A DNA stretch of 64,000 nucleotides from Euglena gracilis (lineage: Eukaryota), in contig CP154954.1 of NCBI GenBank assembly GCA_039621445.1, forward strand, positions 18,586,642 to 18,650,641, read 5' to 3'. The position numbers were made by a program, and so were the translations under genes. This document shows, in pieces, positions 33,226-55,094 of this stretch. Under the pieces are notes generated by a model, which did not search any database, was not told where the DNA came from, and worked only from the letters and a program-made list of their open reading frames with translations. The stretch's first letter is position 1. Each line of letters begins with the position of its first letter.

Positions 33226-36200
33226 GAAACCATTTCACACAAAATTTGAGCCAAAATTTCACACAAAATTCGTCCATTATCAAGTAAATTTTGTCAGTTC
33301 GTTGAAAATGGGACACCAGTTGAGCAATTTTTAGTTATTTGAATAATTTGAAGACAAAAATCCTTTACAATGACTATAGAATGACCCAAAAACAGGCCGA
33401 AAAGGTCAGAATATGTCAAAAAAGTGCAAAATTAGCAACCTGACAAAAAGTTAGCGAAAAAATGACTTTAAATGGGCAAAAAATGCAGCCTCTACTAGTG
33501 ATGAACATGACCTTGAAGGGAGATTGATGACGAAATTGCTTCTTCATTGCAAGGCTCGGGACATTTTCCTGTGAGTCACACGGCTGGCCGACGGCTGGCC
33601 GACGGCAGGCCGACGGCTGGCCGACGGCGTGCTCCCCCTAAGTGAGGATTTTTCCCCCACCATTCTGGCCAAACGGTTTCGCAAACTGCCCACCAATCTT
33701 GTTTTTTCCAGCGGGTTGTTGCACTCGAGTGTTTAAAAAAAAAAGTCAAAAAAATCCCACACCAGTCAAATGAATTCCTGGTTCCCTTGGGGGTCGGCAC
33801 GCCATGGCGAGCAGTCCGGCTAGGGGGAGGGGAGGGGGGGTTTTTGGCGTGGCGAGGGGGTCCCGGATGGGGGGGAGGTGCTCGAGGGTTTTCCAAGAAA
33901 ATTTTCTTTGGCGCGGCTGACATGGCGTGGCGAGGGGGTCTGAAAAGGGGGGAGGGGGGTAAAATGGCGTGGCGAGGGGGTCGGTGAGGGGGGGGGGGGG
34001 GGGGTGTGCCAATTCCCCCCTGGTTCCCCATGGAAGCATTGGCCTGGTCACATTGCAGGCCATGGGGAAGGATGCTGCTATGTGCCAAGGAAACGCCCGA
34101 CAAACAGGCTCCGTCACTGGGTTGGCTGGTTGGGGGTGGGCGCACCCAGCCAATGATGCTGAAAATATCTCAGTGCTCTATTCCTGCTGACAGAGGGGAA
34201 TGGAATGGCCCTTGTCATGAGCCCAAGCCTGAACGCCGAGGAACCTGTGGGTGTGCTGTACGTCGAGAGACGCAATTGCCCCTGTGTATGGGCTGCTCCT
34301 AAGGATGGATGGAATTGGGGGAGGGGGGATTGAACTTTTTTTGTTGTTTTTTGGACGATTTTTGGATTTTCATTATGGGACCCACCCCTTCATTGACCCC
34401 CCCAACATCAATAGGGCCCACTCCATGGAGCTCTTTTGACTGATTGAGGGTTTTGTGCCCGAAACGGGGCGCCGGGGGAAGGGGGGGTAGGGTTGACGTT
34501 TTTTTGTTTTTTCTAAAAAAAAACATGAAAAAAAAATGCAAAAAACACGTTTTTTTGAAAAAGCAAAAATTGACCCTTTTCCTTGCGAAATCGCCATTTT
34601 TTGAGGAAAATTTTTCGGGTGTGGTTCGGGTCACCGGGGGGGGGGGTCACAGGCATGGGTGTGGTGCCAAAGGCTTTTTTAAGAATAAAAGACCATTCCG
34701 ACAATTCGACGCCGTCTGAAACGTCTTTTTCCGTCTTTTTCTTCGGGGGAAAAAAAACACGACAGTTTTAAACATTCGCGGCAATCGCGGACGGAAGGAC
34801 TTCCTAATTGGGAGCAAAACTGTGCTCTCCCCTTGAAATTCGTTGTTTTTCTTTGTCTGGAACTCAGAATCGAACTATTTGAAGGATAAGGAATATATTG
34901 ATGCAGGGTTTATTGAACGTCGAAGCAGGTTTGCCCCCCCCCCCGAAGGTGACTTTTGAAGAATTGTTCTCCTGGTCTTTTTTGGTGCATCTAGACCACT
35001 TTCAAAAATTTGCCATTTTTTCCAAAATACGCCCCCCTGGGTGTCAATTTTGAGTGCCACCCTCTTGTCTCTTGTGTGGCAGGTATTCTATTGTGCGTTC
35101 TGTTTTTCTATCATTTTCTGGCAGTCCATATGGTTTTCTGGTGGAGTTTTACATGAAGGAACTTTTGCTTCCATTTCACACAGAACACTTGCTGCAACTC
35201 TGTCTTTGACCCATGTTTTGGGAGTGTTTTCACCTGGCATTGTTTAATTTTAAGCCGGCGTTTGAGACGCCGGGCTCAGGACAGAACCGGCGTCCCCCCC
35301 CACGGGCTTCCGGACGCCGGTTCTGTCCTAAAGCCCGGCGTTAGGAACGCCGGCTTTGTCCAAAGCCCGGCGTCCGATTTTCATTGGCTGTGTCAATCGT
35401 CCAGGTATAAAATCACCCCTCGATCGAAAGCCCTTTTCATCAGACAACTGGCGATCACCACCAAATTCAGCCACGTCACCTGGAGCTCTTATTTTCTGTC
35501 ACTGGGTAATCCTAATTTCACAAGTCTGGTGCCCCCTGAGACCCTCAGGTCGTTGATTCGAAGAGGAAAAACGTTTCTGTAGGGTTTATTCAGCATCTTA
35601 AACCAAAAGTCACTGAAGATTGCTACAAGTTTCGACTCAGATTCTGGCCGATCCGACCATCGCGAGCCCACTGTGCCTAGCATAGCCAAGGGAAAAAATT
35701 TTGGTGAAAAAAATCGCGATTTTTGAGGCCCAAAAATGACCAAAAATGACCATTTTCGGACACAAAATGGTAAATTTGGGGGCCGCGCGCTCTGCGCGCG
35801 GCCAAAAAAAGCACTTTTTTGGTCAAAAATGGCCCAAAAATGGCAAAAAATGACCACTTTTTGGATCCGAAAATCACCGGTTTTAGGAGGCTCCCGGATC
35901 TGGCCTGGGGGGGGGGTTGTGGGCAGACCCTAGGGTCTGCCCACGGTCGCCAAAGGTCGCCAAAGGTCGCTATGGTCGACCCCCCCCGAGGCTGTGGAGT
36001 GGGCGGCGACCCTAGAAACTCCTTGTGGGCAGACCCTAGGGTCGACTTAGGGTCGGCCCACCCCACGACCTCCCCCCCCCCCTACAACCGTAGGGTCGAC
36101 TTAGGGTCGGCCCACCCCACGACCCCCCCCCCCCCTGCCAGCTCAGGGTCGACTTAGGGTCGGCCCACCCCACGACCTCCCCCCCCCTCCCAAGAAAAAA

Positions 36201-36551
36201 AACGAAAATTTTGGGAGGATTCACTACGGACGCTAGGAAATTCGCTTGGTCTGAGTTGGATACACCACCCAACAACAATGTAAAGCAAGTTCGGAAAGAC
36301 CAGGTAACCACCGCAGATGGCCGGTTTCAGTGAAAGACAACGTGTGACACATGGTGGCACTCAACGCCGACCACAACGTGCAGCGAACAGGAAGGGGTGT
36401 GTCACAGTGTGTCGTTGGGAGAAAGGAAGCAGCGACACAGAGGACCAACAAATAGGGTCAGACCATGGATCATCCGATGCAGTCTCCGCAATCCATCACA
36501 CTATGCTGATGGTGCCATCCTTGGGCGCTAAAACGTTTCGCAAAATAACAA

Positions 36552-38272
36552 AATAAACGGGCCCCAAAATAACGAAATCCCCGGTGCTGCCCAGGCGTTT
36601 TGCCGGGCAAACGCCTTTGCTGCCCAACTGTTTCAGCTCCCCAAAATAACAAAATCCCCTGTGCTGCCGAACCGTTTTCACAGCCAAACCCCTTAGCTGC
36701 CGAACCGTTTCAGGGCCCCAAAATAACAGAATCCCCTGTGCTGCCCAACCATTTTGGATGGCAAATCCCTTGCACTGCTGTCCCAGGCCTTGTGGCCCAC
36801 AGAGATGGTGGTCGGCAAGATGTCCTGGGCCGTCGTACTTGTTGAGTGGGCAGGGAACGAAGAGCTGGACGATGACGCCTGCTGGGGCGGGAGCAACGAG
36901 GACGGATGACCGGGGCACTGAATTTTGTCTGCCACCGTTTTTGCAGCCGAAATAACAAAATCCCTTGTGCTGCCCAACCGTTTTGCATGGCAAACCCCCT
37001 AGCTGCCGAACTGTTTCCGGGCCCCAAAATAACAAAATCCCCTGTGCTGCCCAACCGTTTTGCCAGGCAAACCCCCTAGCTGCCCAACTGTTTCCGGGCC
37101 CCAAAATAACAAAATCCCCTGTGCTGCCCAACCGTTTTGCCAGGCAAACCCCCTAGCTGCCGAACTGTTTCCGGGCCCCAAAATAACAAAATCCCCTGTG
37201 CTGCCCAACTCAAACACAGGGCCCGTCTGTTTGACAGCGAAGCTGTGGATGGCGTGGAGCCCGCAGCTGGCGACACCGGCAATGTCGAAGGCGGATGACT
37301 GGGGCCCTGAATTGTTCCAGAATGATTCAGAATCCCTTGTGCTGCCCAACCGTTTTGCATGGCAAACCCCTCTGCTGCCGAACTGTTTCAGGGCCCAGAA
37401 TAACAAAATCCCTTGTGCTGCCCAGCGGTTTTGCCAGGCAAACCCCTTAGCTGCCGAACTGTTTCAGGGCCCCAGAATAACAAAATCCCTTGAGCTGCCC
37501 AGCCGTTTTGCCAGGCAAACCCCCCAGCTGCCGAACTGTTTCAGGGCCCCAAAATAACAAAAACCCTTGTGCTGCCCAACCGTTTTGCATGGCAAACCCC
37601 TTTGCTGCCGAACTGTGTCAGGGCCCCAAAATAACAAAATCCCCTGTGCTGCCCAACCGTTTTGCATGGCAAACCCCTTTGCAGCCCAACTCAAACACAG
37701 GGCCCGTCTGTTTGACAGCGAAGCTGTGGATGGCGTGGAGCCCGAAGCTGGCGACACCGGCAATGTCGAAGGCGGATGACTGGGGCCCTGAATTGTTCCA
37801 GAATGATTCAGAATCCCTTGTGCTGCCCAACCGTTTTGCATGGCAAACCCCTTTGCTGCCGAACTGTTTCAGGGCCCCAAAATAACAAAATCCCTTGTGC
37901 TGCCCAACCGCTTTGCATGGCAAACCCCTTTGCTGCCGAACTGTTTCAGGGCCCCAAAATAACAAAATCCCTTGTGCTGCCCAACCGTTTTGCCAGGCAA
38001 ACCCCTTAGCTGCCGAACTGTTTCAGGGCCCCAAAATAACAAAATCCCTTGTGCTGCCCAACCGTTTTGCATGGCAAACCCCCTAGCTGCCGAACTGTTT
38101 CAGGGCCCCAAAATAACAAAATCCCTTGTGCTGCCCAACCGTTTTGCCAGGCAAACCCCTTAGCTGCCGAACTGTTTCAGGGCCCCAAAATAACAAAATC
38201 CCTTGTGCTGCCCAGCCGTTTTGCCAAGCAAACCCCCTAGCTGCCGAACTGTTTCAGGGCCCCAGAATAACA
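36552..38272. repeat. 77-bp tandem minisatellite with interruptions
   Basis: Unit GGGCCCCAAAATAACAAAATCCCTTGTGCTGCCCAACCGTTTTGC...AACTGTTTCA. Equivalent ORF starts at 37895, 37972 and 38049 show the 77-bp period. Confidence 0.93.
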
Positions 38273-38765
38273 ACCGTATCCCAACTGTAACCATAGCATT
38301 AACCCTGAAACGGCCGTGAACACAAACGAAAAAAGATTTTTCTTCTCATGAACATGCAACCCGCAGAAAATGGAATGCAGTCTGGCGTGATAAATGCCGG
38401 GCCCGTTTTTCAGCTGCGGGAGGCTCCTCCTCGGTGGACTTAACGACAGCATCCGGCCGTTCCAACAAATCCGAACCAGGAATTGGGTGCCCAGCGCCAC
38501 CACGAATGTTCCGGGAGCGTGAATAAGGGTTGATAAGGTTTCATAATTGTAACATTTCACGCAATTTTCCCCGGGGTTGTATAAAAGGGTGTGCATGGTT
38601 TGGTGGGGGGGGGGCGACGATTCCAAATCCTGAAACCAGGAACGCGGACGCCTTGGCACAGGGACACCAAACTCGTCGGCGTCACGTGCACGCTTGCGCA
38701 ACCTTGTGGGCAAGATGTATGTCTTTCCCTCCAGCAACGCCATGAGCTCCCGCGGGGTTGACATG
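38237..38765 (-). CDS. Hypothetical protein (MSTPRELMALLEG...)
   Basis: Open frame overlapping the end of the previous ORF and running into the 77-bp array; family not recognised. Confidence 0.3.
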
Positions 38766-39311
38766 GAAAGGGAGGACTGTGTGGAGACGGAGGGATGATT
38801 GTGAATCGGATTCCGCGCCATTCTCAGAGGCGTCATCGTCAGAATAATCGGCAGCAGGCTCCAGGTCGGCCTGCGATAGTACCAAACCCTGCGGCGCGGC
38901 ATGTGTGGTGCGGGCATCCCTCACAGCGGCGGCATGGACGTCTTTCAACAACTCCCTGATGTACCGCGCAACGGGGCGTGCCTTCCGGGTCCCCCCCAGG
39001 AGAACGACCGCGATCCAGTTCGCAACCAGCTGGTATCGGCCCATTTGCTCGGCCCCATTCTCTGATAGTGAAACCAGGGCGTCCCGTACGATCTTTTGTT
39101 CGGCCTCGCGATCCAAGGACGATTGCCAAATCAGCAAGATTGTGCGCCGCAGGTCCACTGCTCTACCAACGTTGTGGAGTAGAGGTTCATCAACAGTTGC
39201 ATGAAGTCGAACGTGGCATACACGCGCGCCACGTGGACGATGTAGCTTGGAGGGTAGGCGCCCTTGGCCAGTGCCAAGAAGACGAGACCTGCAGTGCGCG
39301 GTTAAACACAC
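38682..39311 (-). CDS. Hypothetical protein with acidic C-terminal patch, next to the gap
   Basis: 209-aa open frame of protein-like composition in non-repetitive sequence; family not recognised. Confidence 0.45.
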   Translation of the reverse strand: MCLTAHCRSRLLGTGQGRLPSKLHRPRGARVCHVRLHATVDEPLLHNVGRAVDLRRTILLIWQSSLDREAEQKIVRDALVSLSENGAEQMGRYQLVANWIAVVLLGGTRKARPVARYIRELLKDVHAAAVRDARTTHAAPQGLVLSQADLEPAADYSDDDASENGAESDSQSSLRLHTVLPFHVNPAGAHGVAGGKDIHLAHKVAQACT

Positions 39312-39324
39312 TACACCATGGTCC

Positions 39325-39337
39325 NNNNNNNNNNNNN
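39325..39337. other. Assembly gap (13 N)
   Basis: Read directly. Confidence 1.
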
Positions 39338-40744
39338 TACTGGCTAGCCAATCGGTTAGACACTGGAAAAAGTAGACTAGCTAGACCCCCCCTCCCCCCA
39401 GGGGGGGGGTCTGGGGGTCCCCCAGACTGGAAGAAAATTTTTCCTCCGGCGCTGCGCGCCAGAGGAAAAATGAGGTTTTTAACAGGTTTTTGGCTGATTT
39501 TGTTCCAAAAATTCCCAAAAATGTCCAAAAACGGGCATTTTTGGCCATTTTTGGGGGTCCCAAAAAAAATTTTGGGCGCTTCGCGCCGGTCACTGGAAAA
39601 AAATTTTCCACTAGCTAGCCCTGCTAGAAAACCCACTAGCCAAATTTGGACTAGCTGCAGTCCAGCCCTGCACCCGGGGGGGGGGGTGTCTTCCAATCCC
39701 TTCAGCAAAAGCCTGCTCCGAACGCAAAGAGGGGGGGGGGGGGGAGTCGGACCCCCCCTCCCACAAGGGGCCGGGAAACTTTCAGTTCTGTGGGCGGTCA
39801 AAGGGCCACATACCAGGCCAAAATTGTTGGAGAATCCCTGATACTTCTTTAAATAAAGAAATCGATCGTTTTTGAATTTTTTTTTGACTTTGTTCATGGA
39901 AAACACCAAAGCATCCAAAAATGTGCAATAAGCTTCAAAGTGAGGGGGGGAAAGCAATTGCTTGCATTTTTCGGCCCACAAGAAAATTCTTTGCCATTTT
40001 TAGAACCTGCGAACAAGGAGGGGGGGTGACCCCCCCCCACCAGCTCACCCCCCAAAGACCAGGGTTTGTGTAGTGCTGAGCTCTTTTCCTGCCTGATGGT
40101 TGCAGGGAACCCGGCCCGACCCGGCTGGACCGGTGGCCCGGCCCGCTCCCCAGGCCCGGCGCAGAGTCGAAACAGCGGGGGTTGGAGAATCCAACCAAGT
40201 TTGGACCCCTTGTTGGCTGAACAACTCGGGCATGGCGAGAGTTGGGGGTCAAACGGAGGTGATTCGGAAAGCTAAGATCCAGTCGCTCGCGGCTGGAAAA
40301 AATCTGGGAACCGGGCTGGGTTATGGTGATAATCCGAAGTTTTCATTCCCACCCAGGGGCGGGAGGGGGGGGGCAGATCCCACCCCTCTTTTCCTTGGTG
40401 GTGAGATTTGCTCTTACTCTAAAGAGATAAGAGCCCCCTACCACCCTACCTCAGTGCCGACAGGCTGCCCATACATCCTCGAGTCGCTTCGCTCCTGAAA
40501 AATTGGCACTTCGCTAACCCCCCCTCTGTGGGAGATATACTCAGCCCAGTCACTTAAAAAAAATTTCTGGCCCTCCCTCCCTTGTTCGACAGCTCAGTCT
40601 GATACCAAACTGGCCAGGAAACGCATTCATTGGTTGGAAGGGTTCATTGTCGGGGGGGGGGGGGGGGCGATCCCACACACAAAGCTGCTTGCAATCATGT
40701 AATGAGCAGCGAGAGTCATCGAGGGGAAAGGGCGCCACACAAAC

Positions 40745-49848
<9,104 letters not shown>

Positions 49849-52800
49849 CTGAAAGCAAGAAAACAACTTTACACATTTTCACTTCCGACGCTGTGCACAA
49901 GAGATGGCAAAAAAAAATTTTCTCTGTAAATTTGGGGATGGTAATTCCTAATTTGGTGTCAAATTCCTAATTTTAGGTGTGGGGATTCCTAGTTTTTTTG
50001 ATTTTTCCCCAAAAATTCGTGCTCGGTGATTCCTAATTGGCCGCCTAAAATGTGGTGTTCCCCCCGTGACCCCCCCGTGACCCCCCCCCCCCCGGTGACC
50101 CGAACCACCCCCAGAGGCATCATGGATAATGGGTATACATTTTCTAAATTATATATTTTTTTGGTTCCCAATGATACCAGCCTTGTATCTGAATGTGTGT
50201 GAATTAAAAGGACAAGAGGAAAATCAGTTCTTTTCACAATTTGAAATTTAAGGTTCAATTATTTCATTGAATATTTTCATTTTGAATTTAAAATTTCTAA
50301 ATTCAAATGACATGGAATGCAAAAAAATCTTGCATTTTTTATTTTTCAAAAATTTGATATTGCAAATTAATCATGTCACGTGTGCCTGAAAAGGGACCTG
50401 CCTTCTGATCTCACGATCCGCAACACATTGCACCACAAACAAGAGAGTCAGAAGTTGACAGATACATCCATTAATTACTGTCATCAACTGCAAGTAAAAA
50501 AGATTGTTGCCCGTTGGCTGAGTTTGGTCGTCAAAAATTCAAAAATGGGTTGGGTTATGGTGAATGATGAAAGCAAAAATTTGCAAATAGTGAGTGCCCA
50601 ATTGTTTGTACCATCGATATTCACAGGAGTCTATTGTTTTCTTGGGGGAGGCAAAAATATCATTTCCAAAAGAAAACCATTCCAACATCCGAACAGCCCC
50701 TGCCAATCGGCCATTTATCCTTTTTTGAAGACGAGGGATGGGGATGTCCACCAGAAATGTTGACAAAAAAAACTCACTCTTTTTTAAGGATAGGCATTCT
50801 TCGGTGGATAGAGTTGGCATTTTTTCCCCGTCATTGAAGCCTGGAACTTAGAGTTGAACAATTTGTGCAGTTTGCACAGAGTCTGCACAGAAAAGCCTGG
50901 GGTCTTTTTGTGATTTTCTTTGATTTCCCATCATTTCGAGAAAATAATAATAAAAATACTTTTGAAAAAAAAATTGACCCTGAAATGACCGAAAAGCGGC
51001 AAAGCAAAAGAGGTGTGTTGGGACAGTATGAATTTGACTATGGCCATAAAATGGCCACAGTAGCCACGAACGATGGGCGACCGCGGTGCCGTGGTCGTCC
51101 AGGACCCCCGAAAACCTTGGCCCAAAACACTGTTCTTGATCTGAAACCAAGGAATTTCCTAAGCCGGACCCCCCCCCCTGGGGGTCCAGCCAGCAAGCAC
51201 CTTTTTTTCCCACAGCACCGCCCAGCCGGGCCGCAACCCCCCCCCCCCCGGTAATAAAGTTTTTGCAGCCCGGCAAAGCCAGGCTGGACCAAAAAATCGG
51301 TGAAATTTTTGAAAAAAGGGGGTCAAAAATGGCCAAGAATCCCTGTTCTTTTTATTTGGGGGGGGGTTCACCTCAAAAAAATTAAATAAAAATAAAAATA
51401 AAAATGCATCCCAGATTTGGGCCTGTTTCGGGTCAAAAAAAGGTGTTGGCTGGACCCTCCTCCAGGTCCAGGGAGGTCGTTCGAACCTGGCTGCTGGGCT
51501 GGACCTGGCTTTTTCCAGCCAGCCGGCCGGGAGAGTGGCGATGTGCTCTTTCTTTGGCTGGGGGAGCCTTGGAGATATTCGTCCCATAGGGCTGCAAGGT
51601 CACCTAAACCCCCCCCAAATATACACCCCCCCAAATACAACCCCCCCCCGAGTGTGGAATCGTGTATGGAGGCTCTGGGTTCACATCCGAACCGGTGTCT
51701 TGGACACCGGTTCGGGCGGGAAACCGGTGACTTGGACTGAAGAAACAGGACAGAAATGCAAAAGGCCATCATTTGGAATTCGGTGCAAAGAGGTGCGAAA
51801 CGACCAATAAGGCAAACCGGACAGTACCACAGCCGCAGCGCTAAAACGAAGGCAACTGTTTTGCCTGAGGGATCAGACACGGCTAGTTATTTACCATCAG
51901 GGCACAGCCAGGACCCGTAACGGGGGGGATGACCAACCCTGCACAGGCGCAATGCGACGGCAAGTGGCAGACATCGCAAACGACTTTACGCTTGCCGCCA
52001 CAGAGGCCCATGGCACCCCCACAGTTTGGACAGTGGTCCGCATCCCCCAACTCCATCTTCGCTTTCATCTCCTTCGGAAGAGAAGCAGCATTGAAAAAAC
52101 ACAAAGTTGTGGATAATGTGACTGCACCGAAGGCACAAACGAGCCAACATGGGAGGGCGCTTCCCTGTACAACGCAGCCAAAGTGTTGACCATCGTGGTC
52201 AGCGTGGAAGGGAACCAGGACTGATCCTGCACCTTGGCATTAAAATAAACTTCTTCGCGTTGGGCGGTGGCTGCCTGTTGCTTCTCGTAACCGTGATCAA
52301 AGGACACGTGACATTTACCGTCCAAAGAGCAAATGCCAAGAGCCAATCGTCAAATGTTGCCCCACGCAGCTCGCAAACCTTTTGGAAATGCCGGGCAGCT
52401 GCCAGCACCACCATTTTGCCTTTCGCAAGACCACCATGGGGGCAACTGTTGTCAAATGTTTCCCCAAACAAAAGTGAGTGGGCTGCTAGAGGTGCGGCGG
52501 CGGCCTCAAGACTAGCCAAAGATTCTGCTGGGGTGGGGGGCAGCGCACTGGTGCACACGGTAGTAACCTGGCCGGTGTCATTAAGAAAAAACCTGCCAAG
52601 GAAGCAATACGTGACCGTGCGTCCCTAGACACCGGTTCGGAAGCCTCCGATACACGGTTTCAAGAACTGTGTCCAAGACACCAGTTCGGGCGTGAAATCA
52701 GTGACTAGGACACCGGGTTCACGCCCGAACTGGTGTCTTGGACACAGTTCTCGATATAAATGGGGCTGACCAAATACAAACCCTCCCCAAAAATAAAGTA

Positions 52801-54147
52801 TCAGCTTCAGGTCCATCACCTCCTGACTCCTCGGATTCATCGCCTCCTGACTCCTCGGAAGTTCGTGATTCAGTGGCCTCGGCACTCGAACCGACCGAAA
52901 TCGAGACACCAAGGGAGTCTTCGGAGAGATACTTTTTATTGGAAGCAAAACCAAGATACGCTCGCGATCGTCGGATCGGCCAGAATCTGAGTCGAAAATT
53001 GTGGTGATTTTTGGTGCTGCTTGGTTTAAGACACTTAATGAACCATAGAAAAACGATTTTTCTCTTCGAATCAACGACCAGGGTCCAGGAGGGCACAAGA
53101 ACTGTGAAATTAGGACTTCCCTGGGACAAGAAATGGGAGTACTGTGTGGTGCGGCTGAATTTGGTGGTGATCACGAATCGTCTGATGAAAAGAGCTTTCG
53201 ATTGAGGGGCAAGTTTGTACTGAACGATTGACACAGCCGGCGTCTGTCAAGGAATGGGCACAAGTCGATTGGGCGGTCGGGTCGACTAGTCGGCCCAACC
53301 AGTCGAATCGACTTGCTCCATTGGGCACGGGTGGTCGAGTCGACTTTGGGCGGATGAGCAGACCAAGCCGATCCGACCGCCCAACACAGTCCTTCCCCTC
53401 CCATGCGTGTTTTAGCCCCACCCCCAAGAAAAAAATCCACCGATTGAAGTTTTCACATATTTGCTTCCATGGGCTGACCCAGCAAAGGAAGGGGCAACAG
53501 ACAAGACTAGAAAGCCTTGGGAGAGGAGGTTTTCTTTACCAAGCACCCCTTGGCTCCATCGTGGCAGGGACGAATTGTACGCCCCCGGGGGGGGGGGGGG
53601 GCAGAGTCAAGAATGCCGCTGAAAAGTTGGTGGATTCAACCACCAACCCGTATTGAAAAACAAGCGCAACCTTCCCAAGGGTTCATTTTTTCAACACAGA
53701 CATAACTCCCTCCAATTGCAAACACCCCGGGGGCCTTGAAATGCTGCCTGAATATAAACATGGGGGGTTAAACTTGACAGCATACGGACAAATGGTTCAT
53801 CCGGCGGGGGGATACCATGTGGTTCCACCTGGGCCCCACTTTCGGGGAAAGTCGTGATCCTTCAGATAGGATCAGGGTCATGGCCGGACTGCTGTGGACT
53901 CTCTTTTTTTTGGATTCCGGAAGAAGTTAATTTCCGGAAGGATTCCGGAAGAAGTTTTTGGGGATTTTTCCCTTAAAAATTATCCCTGTTTGACACATGG
54001 CCTTGCCCATCGATTGAAAGCTCTCCTCAAGGGCTTTCGGCAGATGGCCACAGAAATGCACACTGCGCTCATTTTCGGCGTGACATATTAATTTGAGAAA
54101 GCCCACCCTTCAGGCACCATACAGCCAGGGCTGGATACAGGTAGAGG

Positions 54148-55094
54148 TACAGGTTGCCAAAAAAAAAAACGTCCCCCCCCGGGCGGCACAAAAAAACATC
54201 CCCCCCCCCCTTTTTTTTCAGTTTTTGTGGCAGCCATAACTTCGGCTGTGCACCATGTTGAGGTCTCGGACATACTCCATATTGTTGCCTGTGAAATACC
54301 CATCCAAAAATGTCTCTGTGCATTTTCCTCGATTCCCCCTCCACCCCGAGTTATGGGCCCCTCAAAAGTGCTCCGCACACGACAAGCGAAAATTTTTGAA
54401 AAACATGGATTTTGGGCCGGGTTGGAATAATAAACAGCTCACCACTCGGGAACCCTAAGGAGTTGGGCTCTGGAACTTGGTGGGTCGGATTGGCCATGAA
54501 ATAGGCTTCAAAAAATATCTACATCAAAATTTGCCATCTCGACACCCAGAAAAAGTTATTTTATGGTTTTTGGGGCCAGCTCCAAAAAAATTTAGCCCTT
54601 TTTGTGTGGGAAAACCTAAAAAATGTGTTTTTCCCACACAAAAAGGGCTAAAATTTTTTGGAGCTGGCCCCAAAAACCATAAAATAACTTTTTATGGGTG
54701 TCGAGATGGCAAATTTTTGTGTAGATATTTTTTGAAGCCTATTTCATGGCCAATCCGACCCACCAAGTTCCAGAGCCCAACTCCTTAGGGTTCCCGAGTG
54801 GTGAGCTGTTTATTATTCCAACCCGGCCCAAAATCCATGTTTTTCAAAAATTTTCGCTTGTCGTGTGCGGAGCACTTTTGAGGGGCCCATAACTCGGGGT
54901 GGAGGGGGAATCGAGGAAAATGCACAGAGACATTTTTGGATGGGTATTTCACAGGCAACAATATGGAGTATGTCCGAGACCTCAACATGGTGCACAGCCG
55001 AAGTTATGGCTGCCACAAAAACTGAAAAAAAAAGGGGGGGTATGTTTTTTTGTGTTGTCAGGGGTGGTATGTTTTTTTGTGTTGGCAACCTGTA
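54148..55094. repeat. Long fold-back inverted repeat, arms about 465 bp
   Basis: Identical translations on opposite strands (54255-54458 + and 54785-54988 -); centre near 54620. Confidence 0.92.

Noticed and set aside
36030-36180. TTAGGG-containing repeats as interstitial telomere
   Set aside because: TTAGGG occurs singly inside a longer repeated unit (AGGGTCGACTTAGGGTCGGCCCACCCCACGACC), not in tandem.
36552-38272. Possible CRISPR array
   Set aside because: Units are mostly head-to-tail without unique spacers, one interruption is itself duplicated, no cas genes are seen, and the context is eukaryotic.
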